In this document: positions 8,594 through 17,651 of the stretch, piece after piece | How positions within the stretch are numbered: position 1 is the stretch's first letter | Layout of the letters: the number at the start of each line of letters is the position of its first letter | NCBI GenBank assembly: GCA_964584665.1 | Contig: CAZPAO010000001.1 | Coordinates: 83,681-147,680 of the forward strand | Direction of reading: 5' to 3' | Length of the DNA: 64,000 nucleotides | From: an uncultured Gammaproteobacteria bacterium | Lineage (GTDB): Bacteria > Pseudomonadota > Gammaproteobacteria > Natronospirales > REEB76 | Made by a program: the position numbers and the translations under genes | The notes under the pieces: model-generated | Told to the model about the DNA's origin: nothing | The model's database searches: none | The model's input: only the letters and a program-made list of their open reading frames with translations

Positions 8594-9822
8594 TGATGGC
8601 AAGGCGCACGGAGACTGGAATGCAGATCGATACCTATATACCGAACCCCCTCACCTCGCCTCGGCGTCGCGGGCACGGCCATGGCGAGCGTCCCGCGCTC
8701 AAGGTGGAGTGCATCGAGGACACGGACACCCTGACCTTGCTGCGTCCGGAATGGGACGCGCTGCTGAAGGCGAGTGGGGCCGACTGCCTGTTCCTCACCT
8801 GGGAGTGGATGGCCACATGGTGGAAGCACCTTGCCCAGGGCCGCCGCCTCAACGTGCTGGTGGTGCGACGCGGCGATGAGCTCCTGGCCATCGCGCCCCT
8901 GGCCTTGCGCCCGCCGCAGCTCGGGCGTCTGCTGCCGTTCCGGACCCTCGAGTTCCTGGGCATGGGCACGGTGGGCTCCGACTACCTTGACATCATCACC
9001 CGGCCGGACGAGGAGGAACGGACGCTGAAGGCTTTGGCCGAATACCTCCAGCAGAACAAGTTCGTCATCGAGTTCACCCGCGTAAAGCCCGGTTCCCGGC
9101 GCATCGCTGCGCTGGTGTCGCTGCTCGGTCAGGCGGGCTGGCATTCCCATCAAGCCGTCACCGACAACTGCCCCTACATACCCCTCACCGGCCACAGCTG
9201 GGAGTCCTACATGTCAGGGGTGAGTGGGCCGCACCGGCGCAACGTGCGCCGCCGTCTCAAGATCCTCCACGAGAAGTTCGGGCAGGTGGAGTTCCAGCAG
9301 GCACGTACCGAGGAGGAGCGGGAAGCCTGTTTCCAGGCCTTCGTCGAGTTGCATGCCAAACGCTGGTCCGGTGACGAGAGTTCCACCGCGTTCACCGGGC
9401 CGCAAGTGCAGGCTTTCCACGAAGAGTTCAGCCGTCTGGCGCTGGCCCAGGGCTGGTTGCGGCTCTGCGTCCTGAAGCTGGACGGCAAACCCGTCGGCGC
9501 GACCTATTCATTCCGCTACGGCGAAGCCTATTACTATTACCAGGCGGGATATGACCCGGCCTACAACGAATACAGCGTAGGCCTCGTGACGCTCGCGCTC
9601 TTGGTGCAGACCGCGATCGGCGAGGGTGCCTGCGAGTTCGACATGCTGCACGGCTACGAGGAATACAAGTTCCTGTGGACCCGCGCCGGCCGTGACCTCG
9701 CCCGGGTGCGCTGCTTCCCGCCCAATGCCGCTGGCCTCATGTACCGGCAGGCCATGAACCTGCGACAAGGCATCAAACGCGTCGCTACCTGGCGTTGGCG
9801 CCTGCAGGAGTTGAAGGCATGA
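8593..9822 (+). CDS. CelD/BioF2-like (FemAB-related) GNAT acyltransferase
   Basis: N-terminal LRPEWDALL...FLTWEWMATWWKH and C-terminal YYYYQAGYDP...FDMLHGYEEYKFLW are typical of the cellulose-biosynthesis CelD / PEP-CTERM-locus FemAB-like family. TGATG junction with the carrier-protein stop. Confidence 0.7.
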   Translation: MMARRTETGMQIDTYIPNPLTSPRRRGHGHGERPALKVECIEDTDTLTLLRPEWDALLKASGADCLFLTWEWMATWWKHLAQGRRLNVLVVRRGDELLAIAPLALRPPQLGRLLPFRTLEFLGMGTVGSDYLDIITRPDEEERTLKALAEYLQQNKFVIEFTRVKPGSRRIAALVSLLGQAGWHSHQAVTDNCPYIPLTGHSWESYMSGVSGPHRRNVRRRLKILHEKFGQVEFQQARTEEEREACFQAFVELHAKRWSGDESSTAFTGPQVQAFHEEFSRLALAQGWLRLCVLKLDGKPVGATYSFRYGEAYYYYQAGYDPAYNEYSVGLVTLALLVQTAIGEGACEFDMLHGYEEYKFLWTRAGRDLARVRCFPPNAAGLMYRQAMNLRQGIKRVATWRWRLQELKA

Positions 9823-11321
9823 GCGAGGTCCAGGCGCGCGGCTCAGTCTTCAAGCCCGCTTTCATGCTCATGTCGGGTCGGGCATTGGGCTTCATCGCTG
9901 CCTTCGCCATCCCGGTGGTGCTGGTCCGCATCTTCGACCAGACCGAGTTCGGCACTTACAAGCAGCTGTTCCTGATCTACACCACTCTCTACGGCATCGC
10001 CCAGCTCGGCATGGCGGAGAGCCTCTATTACTTCCTGCCCACAGCCCCCGAGGACCGCGGCAGTTACCTGGTGAACTCGGTGGTGGCACTGGGCGCCACA
10101 GGGTTGCTCTGTTTCGCCGTATTGACGGTGAAAGCGGATGCAATCGCCGGCTGGTTCCACAACCCGGCGCTTGCGGCCTACCTGCCGCAGGTGGGCATCT
10201 TCCTCACCCTGATGCTGATGGCGGCGGTGTTCGAGATCGTGATGATCACCCGCAAGCACCATCTGTTCGCCTTCGGCGCCTATGCGGTCTCAGATCTCGT
10301 GCGGGCGAGCCTGTTCGTGCTGCCGGCCTTGCTGTTCCATAGCCTCGCCGCGCTGTTCGCAGGTGCCGTGCTGTTCGCGGCGCTCAGGCTCACGACCGCG
10401 GCGTTCTACATCCGCCGCCAGTTGCCGGCGCGACCGCACCTGGAGCCCGCGCTCCTGAAGCGGCATCTAGCCTATGCCTTGCCGTTCGCCCTGGCCGTGT
10501 CCCTGGAGACCTTGCAGACCAACCTGCACATGTACGTGGTCTCCACCCATTTCGATGCCGCCGTGTTCGCGGTCTATTCCGTGGGTTGCCTGCAGGTGCC
10601 GCTGGTGGACTTCATGATGACATCCACCAGCAGCGTGATGATGGTGCGCATGAGCGAGGACTTGCGGGACGGCCGGCGCGAGGAAGCCCTTGAACTCTGG
10701 CGCGACACCACCCGCAAGCTGACCATGGTCTTCGCCCTGTTGGTAGGCGGCCTGATGGTGACCGCCGACAAGCTCATCGTGCTCCTGTTCACCGCCAACT
10801 ATGCCGGCAGCGTGCCGCTGTTCACCGTCTGGACCATCAGCATGCTGTTCGCGGCCATCATGACTGACAGTGTGTTACGGGTCAGGGCCGACACGCGTTT
10901 CCTCATCCTGCTGAACGTCATCCGCCTATCCGTCGTGGCCTTGAGCATCGGCCTCCTGATGGCGGGGTTCGGCCTGATGGGTGCGGTGCTGGCGACGCTG
11001 CTCTCTACTGTCACCGCCAAGACCGTGGGCATCGTTCGCATACGCAAGCTCATGGACTGCCGTTTCGCCGACATCCTGCCGTGGAAGGCGCTGGCCGAGA
11101 TCGTCCTCATCGCCGCCGTGGCCATGGTCCCGGCCCTCTTGCTGAAGTCGCTGCTGGCGCTGCCTCTGCTGCCGTCGCTGCTGCTTACGGGCATCGTCTA
11201 CGGCCTGGGTTATCTGGGCCTCATGTGGGGTTTCGGCCCGCTGCGCGACGACGAGCGGCGCCTGACCCTGCAATACCTGCAACTGCCTGCCGCATGGGCC
11301 GGCGGAAACCGGCGTGCCTGA
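9819..11321 (+). CDS. Wzx-type oligosaccharide flippase (MOP superfamily polysaccharide biosynthesis protein)
   Basis: About 500 aa and 12 or more hydrophobic helices. ATGA overlap with the upstream stop. Confidence 0.75.
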   Translation: MSEVQARGSVFKPAFMLMSGRALGFIAAFAIPVVLVRIFDQTEFGTYKQLFLIYTTLYGIAQLGMAESLYYFLPTAPEDRGSYLVNSVVALGATGLLCFAVLTVKADAIAGWFHNPALAAYLPQVGIFLTLMLMAAVFEIVMITRKHHLFAFGAYAVSDLVRASLFVLPALLFHSLAALFAGAVLFAALRLTTAAFYIRRQLPARPHLEPALLKRHLAYALPFALAVSLETLQTNLHMYVVSTHFDAAVFAVYSVGCLQVPLVDFMMTSTSSVMMVRMSEDLRDGRREEALELWRDTTRKLTMVFALLVGGLMVTADKLIVLLFTANYAGSVPLFTVWTISMLFAAIMTDSVLRVRADTRFLILLNVIRLSVVALSIGLLMAGFGLMGAVLATLLSTVTAKTVGIVRIRKLMDCRFADILPWKALAEIVLIAAVAMVPALLLKSLLALPLLPSLLLTGIVYGLGYLGLMWGFGPLRDDERRLTLQYLQLPAAWAGGNRRA

Positions 11322-11345
11322 GGGCCGCCGCATGGAGGAGGGAAC

Positions 11346-12428
11346 ATGATCCGGAACATGGTCAAGGCCGCCGCCGCAGCCACGCTGCAGCGGACCGGGA
11401 TGAGCGCGCTGATCGGCGCCCGCTCCCGCAAGGGAACCTTGCCGCTGGTGCTCGGTTATCACCGCGTGGTGCAGGACTTCGACAAGCAGTCGGAGGGCTA
11501 TATCGCGCCCATGCTCATCAGCACCAAGACACTCGAGAAGCAATTGGATTGGATAGGCCGGCGCTTCGACTTCGCCGACCCGGACGGTATGGATGCCTGG
11601 TTGTATGGCGCCAAGCCCACCGGCAAGCCTGTGGCCGTGATCACCTTCGACGACGGCTACCGGGACGTGTATGAGAACGCATTCCCGATCCTGAAACGGA
11701 AGGGCATCCCTGCGGTGGTGTTCGTGGTCACGGACCTGGTGGGCACCGGCGGCCTGCAGGTGCACGACGAACTGTATCTGCTCATGAAGCGCGCCCTCAA
11801 GAACTGGGATGCGCCACGCCTCAAGCTGGTGGAGGCGCTGTGCGAAGCCAAGGTCTCAGCCTTCGGCATGAAGGACATCGCCGCCACCCTGGGCGACCCG
11901 GTGGAGGCCACGCGCTCCCTGCTCGGGGCGCTCACCCAGGCTCAGCTGCTCAGGCTCATGAGCATCCTGCGCCACAAGATCGGCCTGCCGCCGGCTGGGC
12001 TCGAGGGCTACGGCGCCATGGACTGGGACATGCTCATCGAGATGCAGAGGGCGGGCATCAAGATCGGTTCACACACCCGCAGCCATGCGCTTCTCACCAA
12101 CGAATCAGCCGACAAGATCAAGGAAGAGGTGCAGAGTTCGCGCCTCATGCTGGAGCAGAAGCTGAAGGCCGACATCGCCCACTTCGCGTACCCCGACGGG
12201 CGCTTCGACGCCCTGGCGGTGCGCGCCGTGGCTGGAGCTGGCTATCGTTTCGCCTATACGGCCTGCCTGCACCGTGATTCAGATCATCCCTCGCTGACCA
12301 TCCCGCGGCGCTTGCTGTGGGAGAACTCGTGCCTGGACGCCTTCGGCCAGTTCTCGCCGGCGGTGATGGACTGCCAGGTGAACGGCATATTCGATTTCGC
12401 AGCGCATTGCGCCAACCACGTCGATTGA
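11346..12428 (+). CDS. Polysaccharide deacetylase (CE4, NodB homology domain)
   Basis: VITFDDGYRDVYENAFPILKRKGIPAVVFV and GSHTRSH motifs. Confidence 0.8.
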   Translation: MIRNMVKAAAAATLQRTGMSALIGARSRKGTLPLVLGYHRVVQDFDKQSEGYIAPMLISTKTLEKQLDWIGRRFDFADPDGMDAWLYGAKPTGKPVAVITFDDGYRDVYENAFPILKRKGIPAVVFVVTDLVGTGGLQVHDELYLLMKRALKNWDAPRLKLVEALCEAKVSAFGMKDIAATLGDPVEATRSLLGALTQAQLLRLMSILRHKIGLPPAGLEGYGAMDWDMLIEMQRAGIKIGSHTRSHALLTNESADKIKEEVQSSRLMLEQKLKADIAHFAYPDGRFDALAVRAVAGAGYRFAYTACLHRDSDHPSLTIPRRLLWENSCLDAFGQFSPAVMDCQVNGIFDFAAHCANHVD

Positions 12429-12465
12429 GCGCGCGCGCCATCCCATCCCAAGGAGTCAGACTCTC

Positions 12466-14385
12466 ATGTGCGGTATAGCAGGCATATTCAGCACCAGCGA
12501 ACGCGGCGTGCAGCAGGCGGAGGTGCAGGCCATGTGCGACGCCATCTATCACCGAGGTCCCGACGACGCGGGTTACTACGTGCGCGGCAGGGTGGGACTG
12601 GGAATGCGGCGCCTCAGCATCATCGACCTGGCCACCGGCCACCAGCCGGTGCAGAACGAGGATGGCAGTGTGCGAGTGGTGCTGAACGGCGAGATCTACA
12701 ACTACCGTGAGTTGCGCAAGGAGCTTGAGGCCCGCGGCCACCGCTTCTATACCGCCACCGACACCGAGACCATCGTGCACCTCTATGAGGAATACGGCGC
12801 AGATTGCGTCACCAAGTTGCGCGGCATGTTCGGCCTCGCGGTCTGGGACGAGCGGCGCCAGAGCCTGCTTCTGGCCCGGGATCGCCTCGGCATTAAGCCC
12901 CTGTACTATGCCGAGGTGGATGGCCGGGTGCTATTCGGTTCAGAGCTGAAGGCGATCCTGGAACTCCCGGATGTGGAACGGGAGCTGAACTGGAGCTCGG
13001 TGAACCATCTGTTCACCAGCCTGCACACACCCAGCTCCGAGAGCATCATCGCCGGCGTGCACAAGCTGCCGCCGGGCCATACCCTGTTGCTGCAGGCGGA
13101 CGGTGCCCAGCGCCTGACGCGCTACTGGGACGTGGAGTTCGCCCCGGACTACACCCACGACGAGCAATATTTCGCGGAGCATCTGCGGCAGCTCCTCGAG
13201 GAGTCTGTGGACCTGCATCTGGTGAGCGACGTGCCCGTGGGCGCGTTCCTCAGCGGCGGCCTCGATTCTAGTTCCGTGGTCGCCATCATGGCGCGCCGCA
13301 GCGAACGCCCGGTCAAGACCTTCTCCATCGGTTTCTCCGAGCGGGCATATGACGAGACCCATGCGGCCCGGCGCGTGGCCGAGCAGTTCGGCACCGAGCA
13401 TACCGAGCTGATCATGAACCCGGACGTGGAGCAGCTGATCCAGGATATCGTCTGGCACCTGGACGAGCCCTTCGGCGATTCCTCCGCCATCCCCACCTAC
13501 ATGGTCTCCAAGCTCGCCTCCCAGCAGGTCAAGGTCGTGCTCTCCGGTGACGGCGGCGACGAGCTGTTCGCGGGCTACGACCGCTATAGGGTGGAAGAGC
13601 GCGAGCGCCGCTACGAATACGCGCCGGCTTCGTTGCGGCGCATGCTCGGCCATATCGGCGCCTCCATGCCCGAGGGCGCCAAGGGCCGTAACTTCCTGCG
13701 GCACCTGGCCTTGTCCGGTTCGGAGCGCTACCTCGATTCGTCGACCCTCTTCAAGTCGGACCAGAAGCTCCGCCTGTTCCGTCCTGAGGCCGCGGCGTTA
13801 TTTGCAGGCCATGATCCATGGCATGAGGCCCGCGCGAGCCTTAAGCATTACGACGGTGACTGGCTCTCAGCGCTGCAACGCTGGGACATCAAGAGCTACC
13901 TGCCGCTGGACATCCTCACCAAGGTGGACCGCATGAGCATGGCCCATTCCATCGAGGCCCGCGTGCCGCTGCTGGACCACAAACTGGTGGAGTTCGCTGC
14001 CACCATTCCGCCGGAGTTCCGCCTGCGCAACGGCGAGACCAAGAGCATCTTCAAGCGCGCGATGCGTGGGATCCTGCCGGACGAGATCATCGATAGGCCG
14101 AAGCAGGGTTTCGCCGTCCCCCTTGGCGCCTGGTTCCGCGGCAGGCTCTCTGGTTTCGCGCGTGAATTGCTGCTGGACGGTAGCGCCCGCTGCCAGGTGT
14201 TCGATCGGGCCTACATCAGTGAACTCCTGGACATGCACGACCGGGGCCGCGATCTCAACATGCAGCTCTGGACGCTGATGTCCTTCGAGCTTTGGTGTCG
14301 CCGCTTCCTGGATACACCCGCTCCCGCTGCGCGTTTCCAACCGGTGCCCCTCAGCACCGTCTCCATGACGGGGGTTAACGCGTGA
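12466..14385 (+). CDS. Asparagine synthase (glutamine-hydrolysing) family amidotransferase, EPS-locus type (EpsI/WbpS-like), copy 1
   Basis: N-terminal nucleophile MCGIAGIF and PP-loop FLSGGLDSS. 639 aa. Confidence 0.9.
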   Translation: MCGIAGIFSTSERGVQQAEVQAMCDAIYHRGPDDAGYYVRGRVGLGMRRLSIIDLATGHQPVQNEDGSVRVVLNGEIYNYRELRKELEARGHRFYTATDTETIVHLYEEYGADCVTKLRGMFGLAVWDERRQSLLLARDRLGIKPLYYAEVDGRVLFGSELKAILELPDVERELNWSSVNHLFTSLHTPSSESIIAGVHKLPPGHTLLLQADGAQRLTRYWDVEFAPDYTHDEQYFAEHLRQLLEESVDLHLVSDVPVGAFLSGGLDSSSVVAIMARRSERPVKTFSIGFSERAYDETHAARRVAEQFGTEHTELIMNPDVEQLIQDIVWHLDEPFGDSSAIPTYMVSKLASQQVKVVLSGDGGDELFAGYDRYRVEERERRYEYAPASLRRMLGHIGASMPEGAKGRNFLRHLALSGSERYLDSSTLFKSDQKLRLFRPEAAALFAGHDPWHEARASLKHYDGDWLSALQRWDIKSYLPLDILTKVDRMSMAHSIEARVPLLDHKLVEFAATIPPEFRLRNGETKSIFKRAMRGILPDEIIDRPKQGFAVPLGAWFRGRLSGFARELLLDGSARCQVFDRAYISELLDMHDRGRDLNMQLWTLMSFELWCRRFLDTPAPAARFQPVPLSTVSMTGVNA

Positions 14386-15419
14386 GTCTCATAGCCCGAC
14401 TGACCCAGGGACTGCGCATGTCCAACGCCGCCCAGGTGCTGCTGGATGACTCGCGCGGGCGCGAGCCAGCGCCGCTGGAGGCCCTGCAGCCTGTACCCGT
14501 GTCGGCGCCCGCCAAGCCGCTGACTGTGGTCTACATCGCCGGTGACGGCCGCAGCGGCTCGACGTTGCTGGACCGGCTCATCGGCGCCTATCCAGGGACC
14601 TTCTCCTGCGGCGAACTCGGCAACCTGCTGCAATCCGCGGCGGCTGACGATGAGTTCTGCGCCTGCGGCAGCCTCGCGGCCAGCTGCGGTTTCTGGCGCG
14701 AGGTGCTGACCCGCTGGGGCGCCTCCGTGCCGGGGTTCTCTGAACGCGAGTATCGCTTGCTGCAGCTGCGCTACGAACGGCTCAGGTCTCTACTCAGGCC
14801 CGGCAGCGACATGACCTTCGACAGCGAAAACTTCGCGCGCTACGCGGAATATACCCGCGCGCTGTTCACGACCATCGCCGATCTCTCCGGCGCCAGCGTG
14901 ATCATCGATTCCTCCAAGGGACCGGCTCGCGCTCTGGCCCTGTCCCGGGTGCCGGGACTGGATATCCGCATGCTGCACCTGGTGCGGGATGTGCGCGGCG
15001 TGGCCTACTCCTTGCGTAATCCAAACCGGGGCAAGCCGAAGGAGGGTGCGCCGGTCAAGAAGCGCAGCAACCTGCGCTTCGCCGGGACCTGGGCCACCAT
15101 CAACTATTTCTGTGAGTACGTGCGGCCCAAGATCGCCGGCCCCAACCTGTTCCTGCGCTACGAGGACTACACCGCGGACCTGGATGCGACTCTCGCTCAG
15201 GTGGCGGAGTTGCTCAGCACCCAGCGCATCGGCTTCGAAGCGAGCTCGGGGCACCTCATGAAGCAGGGCCATCAGGTGGCTGGCAATGACGGACGTATGC
15301 GCCCGGTGCAACGCATCTCGACGGACGAAGCCTGGCGCCGCCAGTTCGGTTTCGTCATGCGGAAGGGTCTGTACCTGCTGGTCCTCCCGCTCATGCTCCG
15401 CTACCGCTACCGCCCCTGA
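14382..15419 (+). CDS. Sulfotransferase family protein
   Basis: 5'-PSB-like loop GDGRSGSTLL and 3'-PB-like HLVRDVRGVAYS (RDxRxxxxS). GTGA overlap with the asnB-like stop. ATG 14418 is an alternative start. Confidence 0.7.
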   Translation: MSLIARLTQGLRMSNAAQVLLDDSRGREPAPLEALQPVPVSAPAKPLTVVYIAGDGRSGSTLLDRLIGAYPGTFSCGELGNLLQSAAADDEFCACGSLAASCGFWREVLTRWGASVPGFSEREYRLLQLRYERLRSLLRPGSDMTFDSENFARYAEYTRALFTTIADLSGASVIIDSSKGPARALALSRVPGLDIRMLHLVRDVRGVAYSLRNPNRGKPKEGAPVKKRSNLRFAGTWATINYFCEYVRPKIAGPNLFLRYEDYTADLDATLAQVAELLSTQRIGFEASSGHLMKQGHQVAGNDGRMRPVQRISTDEAWRRQFGFVMRKGLYLLVLPLMLRYRYRP

Positions 15420-15447
15420 CCCAAGCCATTCCGGCGAGGAAGATCCC

Positions 15448-16572
15448 ATGCATGTCACGGCCATCGTGCTCGCGCGCGCAGGTGCTGGTGCACTCGCCCT
15501 AGCGCTGACTTCTGGCACCGCGGCGCTCGCCGGCTGGAACGAGCCGGCCCTGCCGCGCTACCAGGTCATCGACCTCGGCACCCTCGGCGGCGCCAGCAGC
15601 ACAGCCCAAGCGCTCAACGACAAGGGTCAGGTGGTGGGTTGGTCCGAGACCGCCTCTGGCACCCGCCATGCGTTCATCTATGACCACGGCATGATGCAGG
15701 ATCTGGGGACCCTCGTCGGTGGCAGCCATAGCTATGCCACCGGCATCAATGAGCACGGCCAAGTGGTCGGCTACAGCGGGATCAACGCATTCGGCTCCCA
15801 ATTCCCCGAGATAGATCAGGGGTTCGTCTGGGACCCGACCGGCATGCGCAGCCTGGGCGCCTTGTTCTGCCCCTGTTCCTACAACGACCGCTACGGCGCC
15901 AGCAGCGGCTATGCGATCAACGACAAGGGTTGGGTATCGGGTTCCTCCGAGACGGTGCGCGGCTCCTGGGTTCTGCATGCGGCCCTCTGGCGGGATGGCG
16001 TGGCTGAGGATCTGGGCGGCGGTGCGGGCGATTGGTCCATAAGCCGCAGCTTCGGCATGAACGCGCGCGGTTTCGTGGTGGGCGACTATGCGCAGGACGC
16101 CGGCAAGGTCAACGCTTACGAACGCGAGGCTAGCCTGTGGCGCGGAAGCACCCGCACCGCTCTCGGCACCTTGCCGGGTTCCACCTCGAGCATCGCGCTG
16201 GCTGTGAACCTGCAGGGAGCCGTGGTGGGCTGGTCCGGGACCTTCGATGGTGCCGCTTCCCATGCCTTCATCTGGCGCCGCGGCAGCATGCAGGATATCG
16301 GCGCACTGAAGCACGATGCCAATAGCGCCGCCCTCGCCATAGACGCCGCCGGCGACGTGGTGGGCTGGTCCGGCGCCTCGCGCAGCGGGGACTCCCACGC
16401 CTTCCTGTGGCGGTTCGGCGAGATGCTGGACCTCAACCAGTCCATACCCAGCTATTCCGGCTGGGTGCTGAACGAAGCCGCCGGCATCAACCGCCGCGGC
16501 GAGATCGTCGGCACCGGTCTGCACGACGGCGAGACCCATGCTTTCCTACTCATACCGGTGATCAAACCATGA
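15448..16572 (+). CDS. Secreted HAF-family extracellular repeat protein
   Basis: Signal peptide MHVTAIVLARAGAGALALALTSGTAALA. Repeated units end in HAFIY / HAFIW / HAFLW / HAFLL and are each followed by G.MQDLG-type segments. The ORF-track start 15286 overlaps the previous gene. Confidence 0.7.
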   Translation: MHVTAIVLARAGAGALALALTSGTAALAGWNEPALPRYQVIDLGTLGGASSTAQALNDKGQVVGWSETASGTRHAFIYDHGMMQDLGTLVGGSHSYATGINEHGQVVGYSGINAFGSQFPEIDQGFVWDPTGMRSLGALFCPCSYNDRYGASSGYAINDKGWVSGSSETVRGSWVLHAALWRDGVAEDLGGGAGDWSISRSFGMNARGFVVGDYAQDAGKVNAYEREASLWRGSTRTALGTLPGSTSSIALAVNLQGAVVGWSGTFDGAASHAFIWRRGSMQDIGALKHDANSAALAIDAAGDVVGWSGASRSGDSHAFLWRFGEMLDLNQSIPSYSGWVLNEAAGINRRGEIVGTGLHDGETHAFLLIPVIKP

Positions 16573-17651
16573 GCACGGCTGATAACTATCGTCCCCGCGT
16601 CACTCTGGTGGCGGCGGGCATGGAGATCCTCGGCGGGCAGGGGGTGCAGGCGCTCGCGCTGGTGCAGGGCCTGCGGCGCGAAGGCTATGCCGTGAGTTTC
16701 CTGCCCATCAATCCGCGCTTCCCCGTGGGGCTACGCTGGCTCAGGGAACTGCGCTACGTGCGCACCTTCTTCAACCAACTCTTCTACCTGCCGAGCTTGC
16801 TGGCGCTGCGCCGTAGCGACGTGGCTCACGTGTTCTCCGCTTCATATTGGTCGTTCCTGCTGGCGCCGGTGCCGGCGCTGCTGGTTGCCAGGCTCTTCGG
16901 CAAGCGCTCAGTGCTGCACTACCACAGCGGCGAAGCGGAGGATCACCTCTCCCGCTGGGGCGCGCTCGTGCATCCCTGGTTGCATCTCGCGGACGAGATC
17001 GTGGTGCCCTCCGAATATCTGCATGAAGTGTTCGCCCGCTACGGCTATCACACGAGAGTGGTGAAGAACGTGGTGGATACCGCACGCTTCGCCTACCGGG
17101 AGCGCAGCGACCTGCGGCCGCGGCTGCTGTCCGTTCGCAACCTGGAGCCCCACTACAGGGTGGACACGGTGATCGAGGCTTTCGCCTTGCTCAAGAAACG
17201 TTACCCAGAGGCGACCCTGGCGGTGGCCGGTTACGGCAGCCAGGAAGCCGAGCTGCGTGAGCTGGCCGCCGGCCTCGGCGTGAGCGGCATCCGCTTCCTC
17301 GGCCGCGTGGAGCCGGAGAACGTGCCTGCCCTCTATGCGGACGCGGACATATTCGTCAACGCCGCGGTCATCGACAACCAGCCCGTCTCGGTGCTGGAAG
17401 CCTTCGCCTCCGGCCTGCCGGTGGTGAGCACCGGCACCGGCGACATCGCCGCCATGCTGCGCCATGGTGAAGCCGGGCTGCTGGTCCCTCCGGGCGATCC
17501 ACCGGCCATAGCCCAGGCAGTCACGAGCCTCCTGGAGCAGCCGCAGCGTGCCGTGGGGATCGCGCGGCGTGCCCGCGCGGAAGTTGAACTCTATACGTGG
17601 TCAAACATCTCGGCCGACTGGGCCGACGTCTATCGCAAGGAAGCCGCATGA
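16569..17651 (+). CDS. Glycosyltransferase family 4
   Basis: GT4 C-terminal signature NAAVIDNQPVSVLEAFASGLPVVSTGTGD. ATGA overlap with the upstream stop. Confidence 0.8.
   Translation: MSTADNYRPRVTLVAAGMEILGGQGVQALALVQGLRREGYAVSFLPINPRFPVGLRWLRELRYVRTFFNQLFYLPSLLALRRSDVAHVFSASYWSFLLAPVPALLVARLFGKRSVLHYHSGEAEDHLSRWGALVHPWLHLADEIVVPSEYLHEVFARYGYHTRVVKNVVDTARFAYRERSDLRPRLLSVRNLEPHYRVDTVIEAFALLKKRYPEATLAVAGYGSQEAELRELAAGLGVSGIRFLGRVEPENVPALYADADIFVNAAVIDNQPVSVLEAFASGLPVVSTGTGDIAAMLRHGEAGLLVPPGDPPAIAQAVTSLLEQPQRAVGIARRARAEVELYTWSNISADWADVYRKEAA

Noticed and set aside
15448-16572. Calling the HAF-repeat protein a PEP-CTERM exosortase substrate.
   Set aside because: The C-terminus (…HAFLLIPVIKP) has no PEP motif, hydrophobic helix or basic tail.
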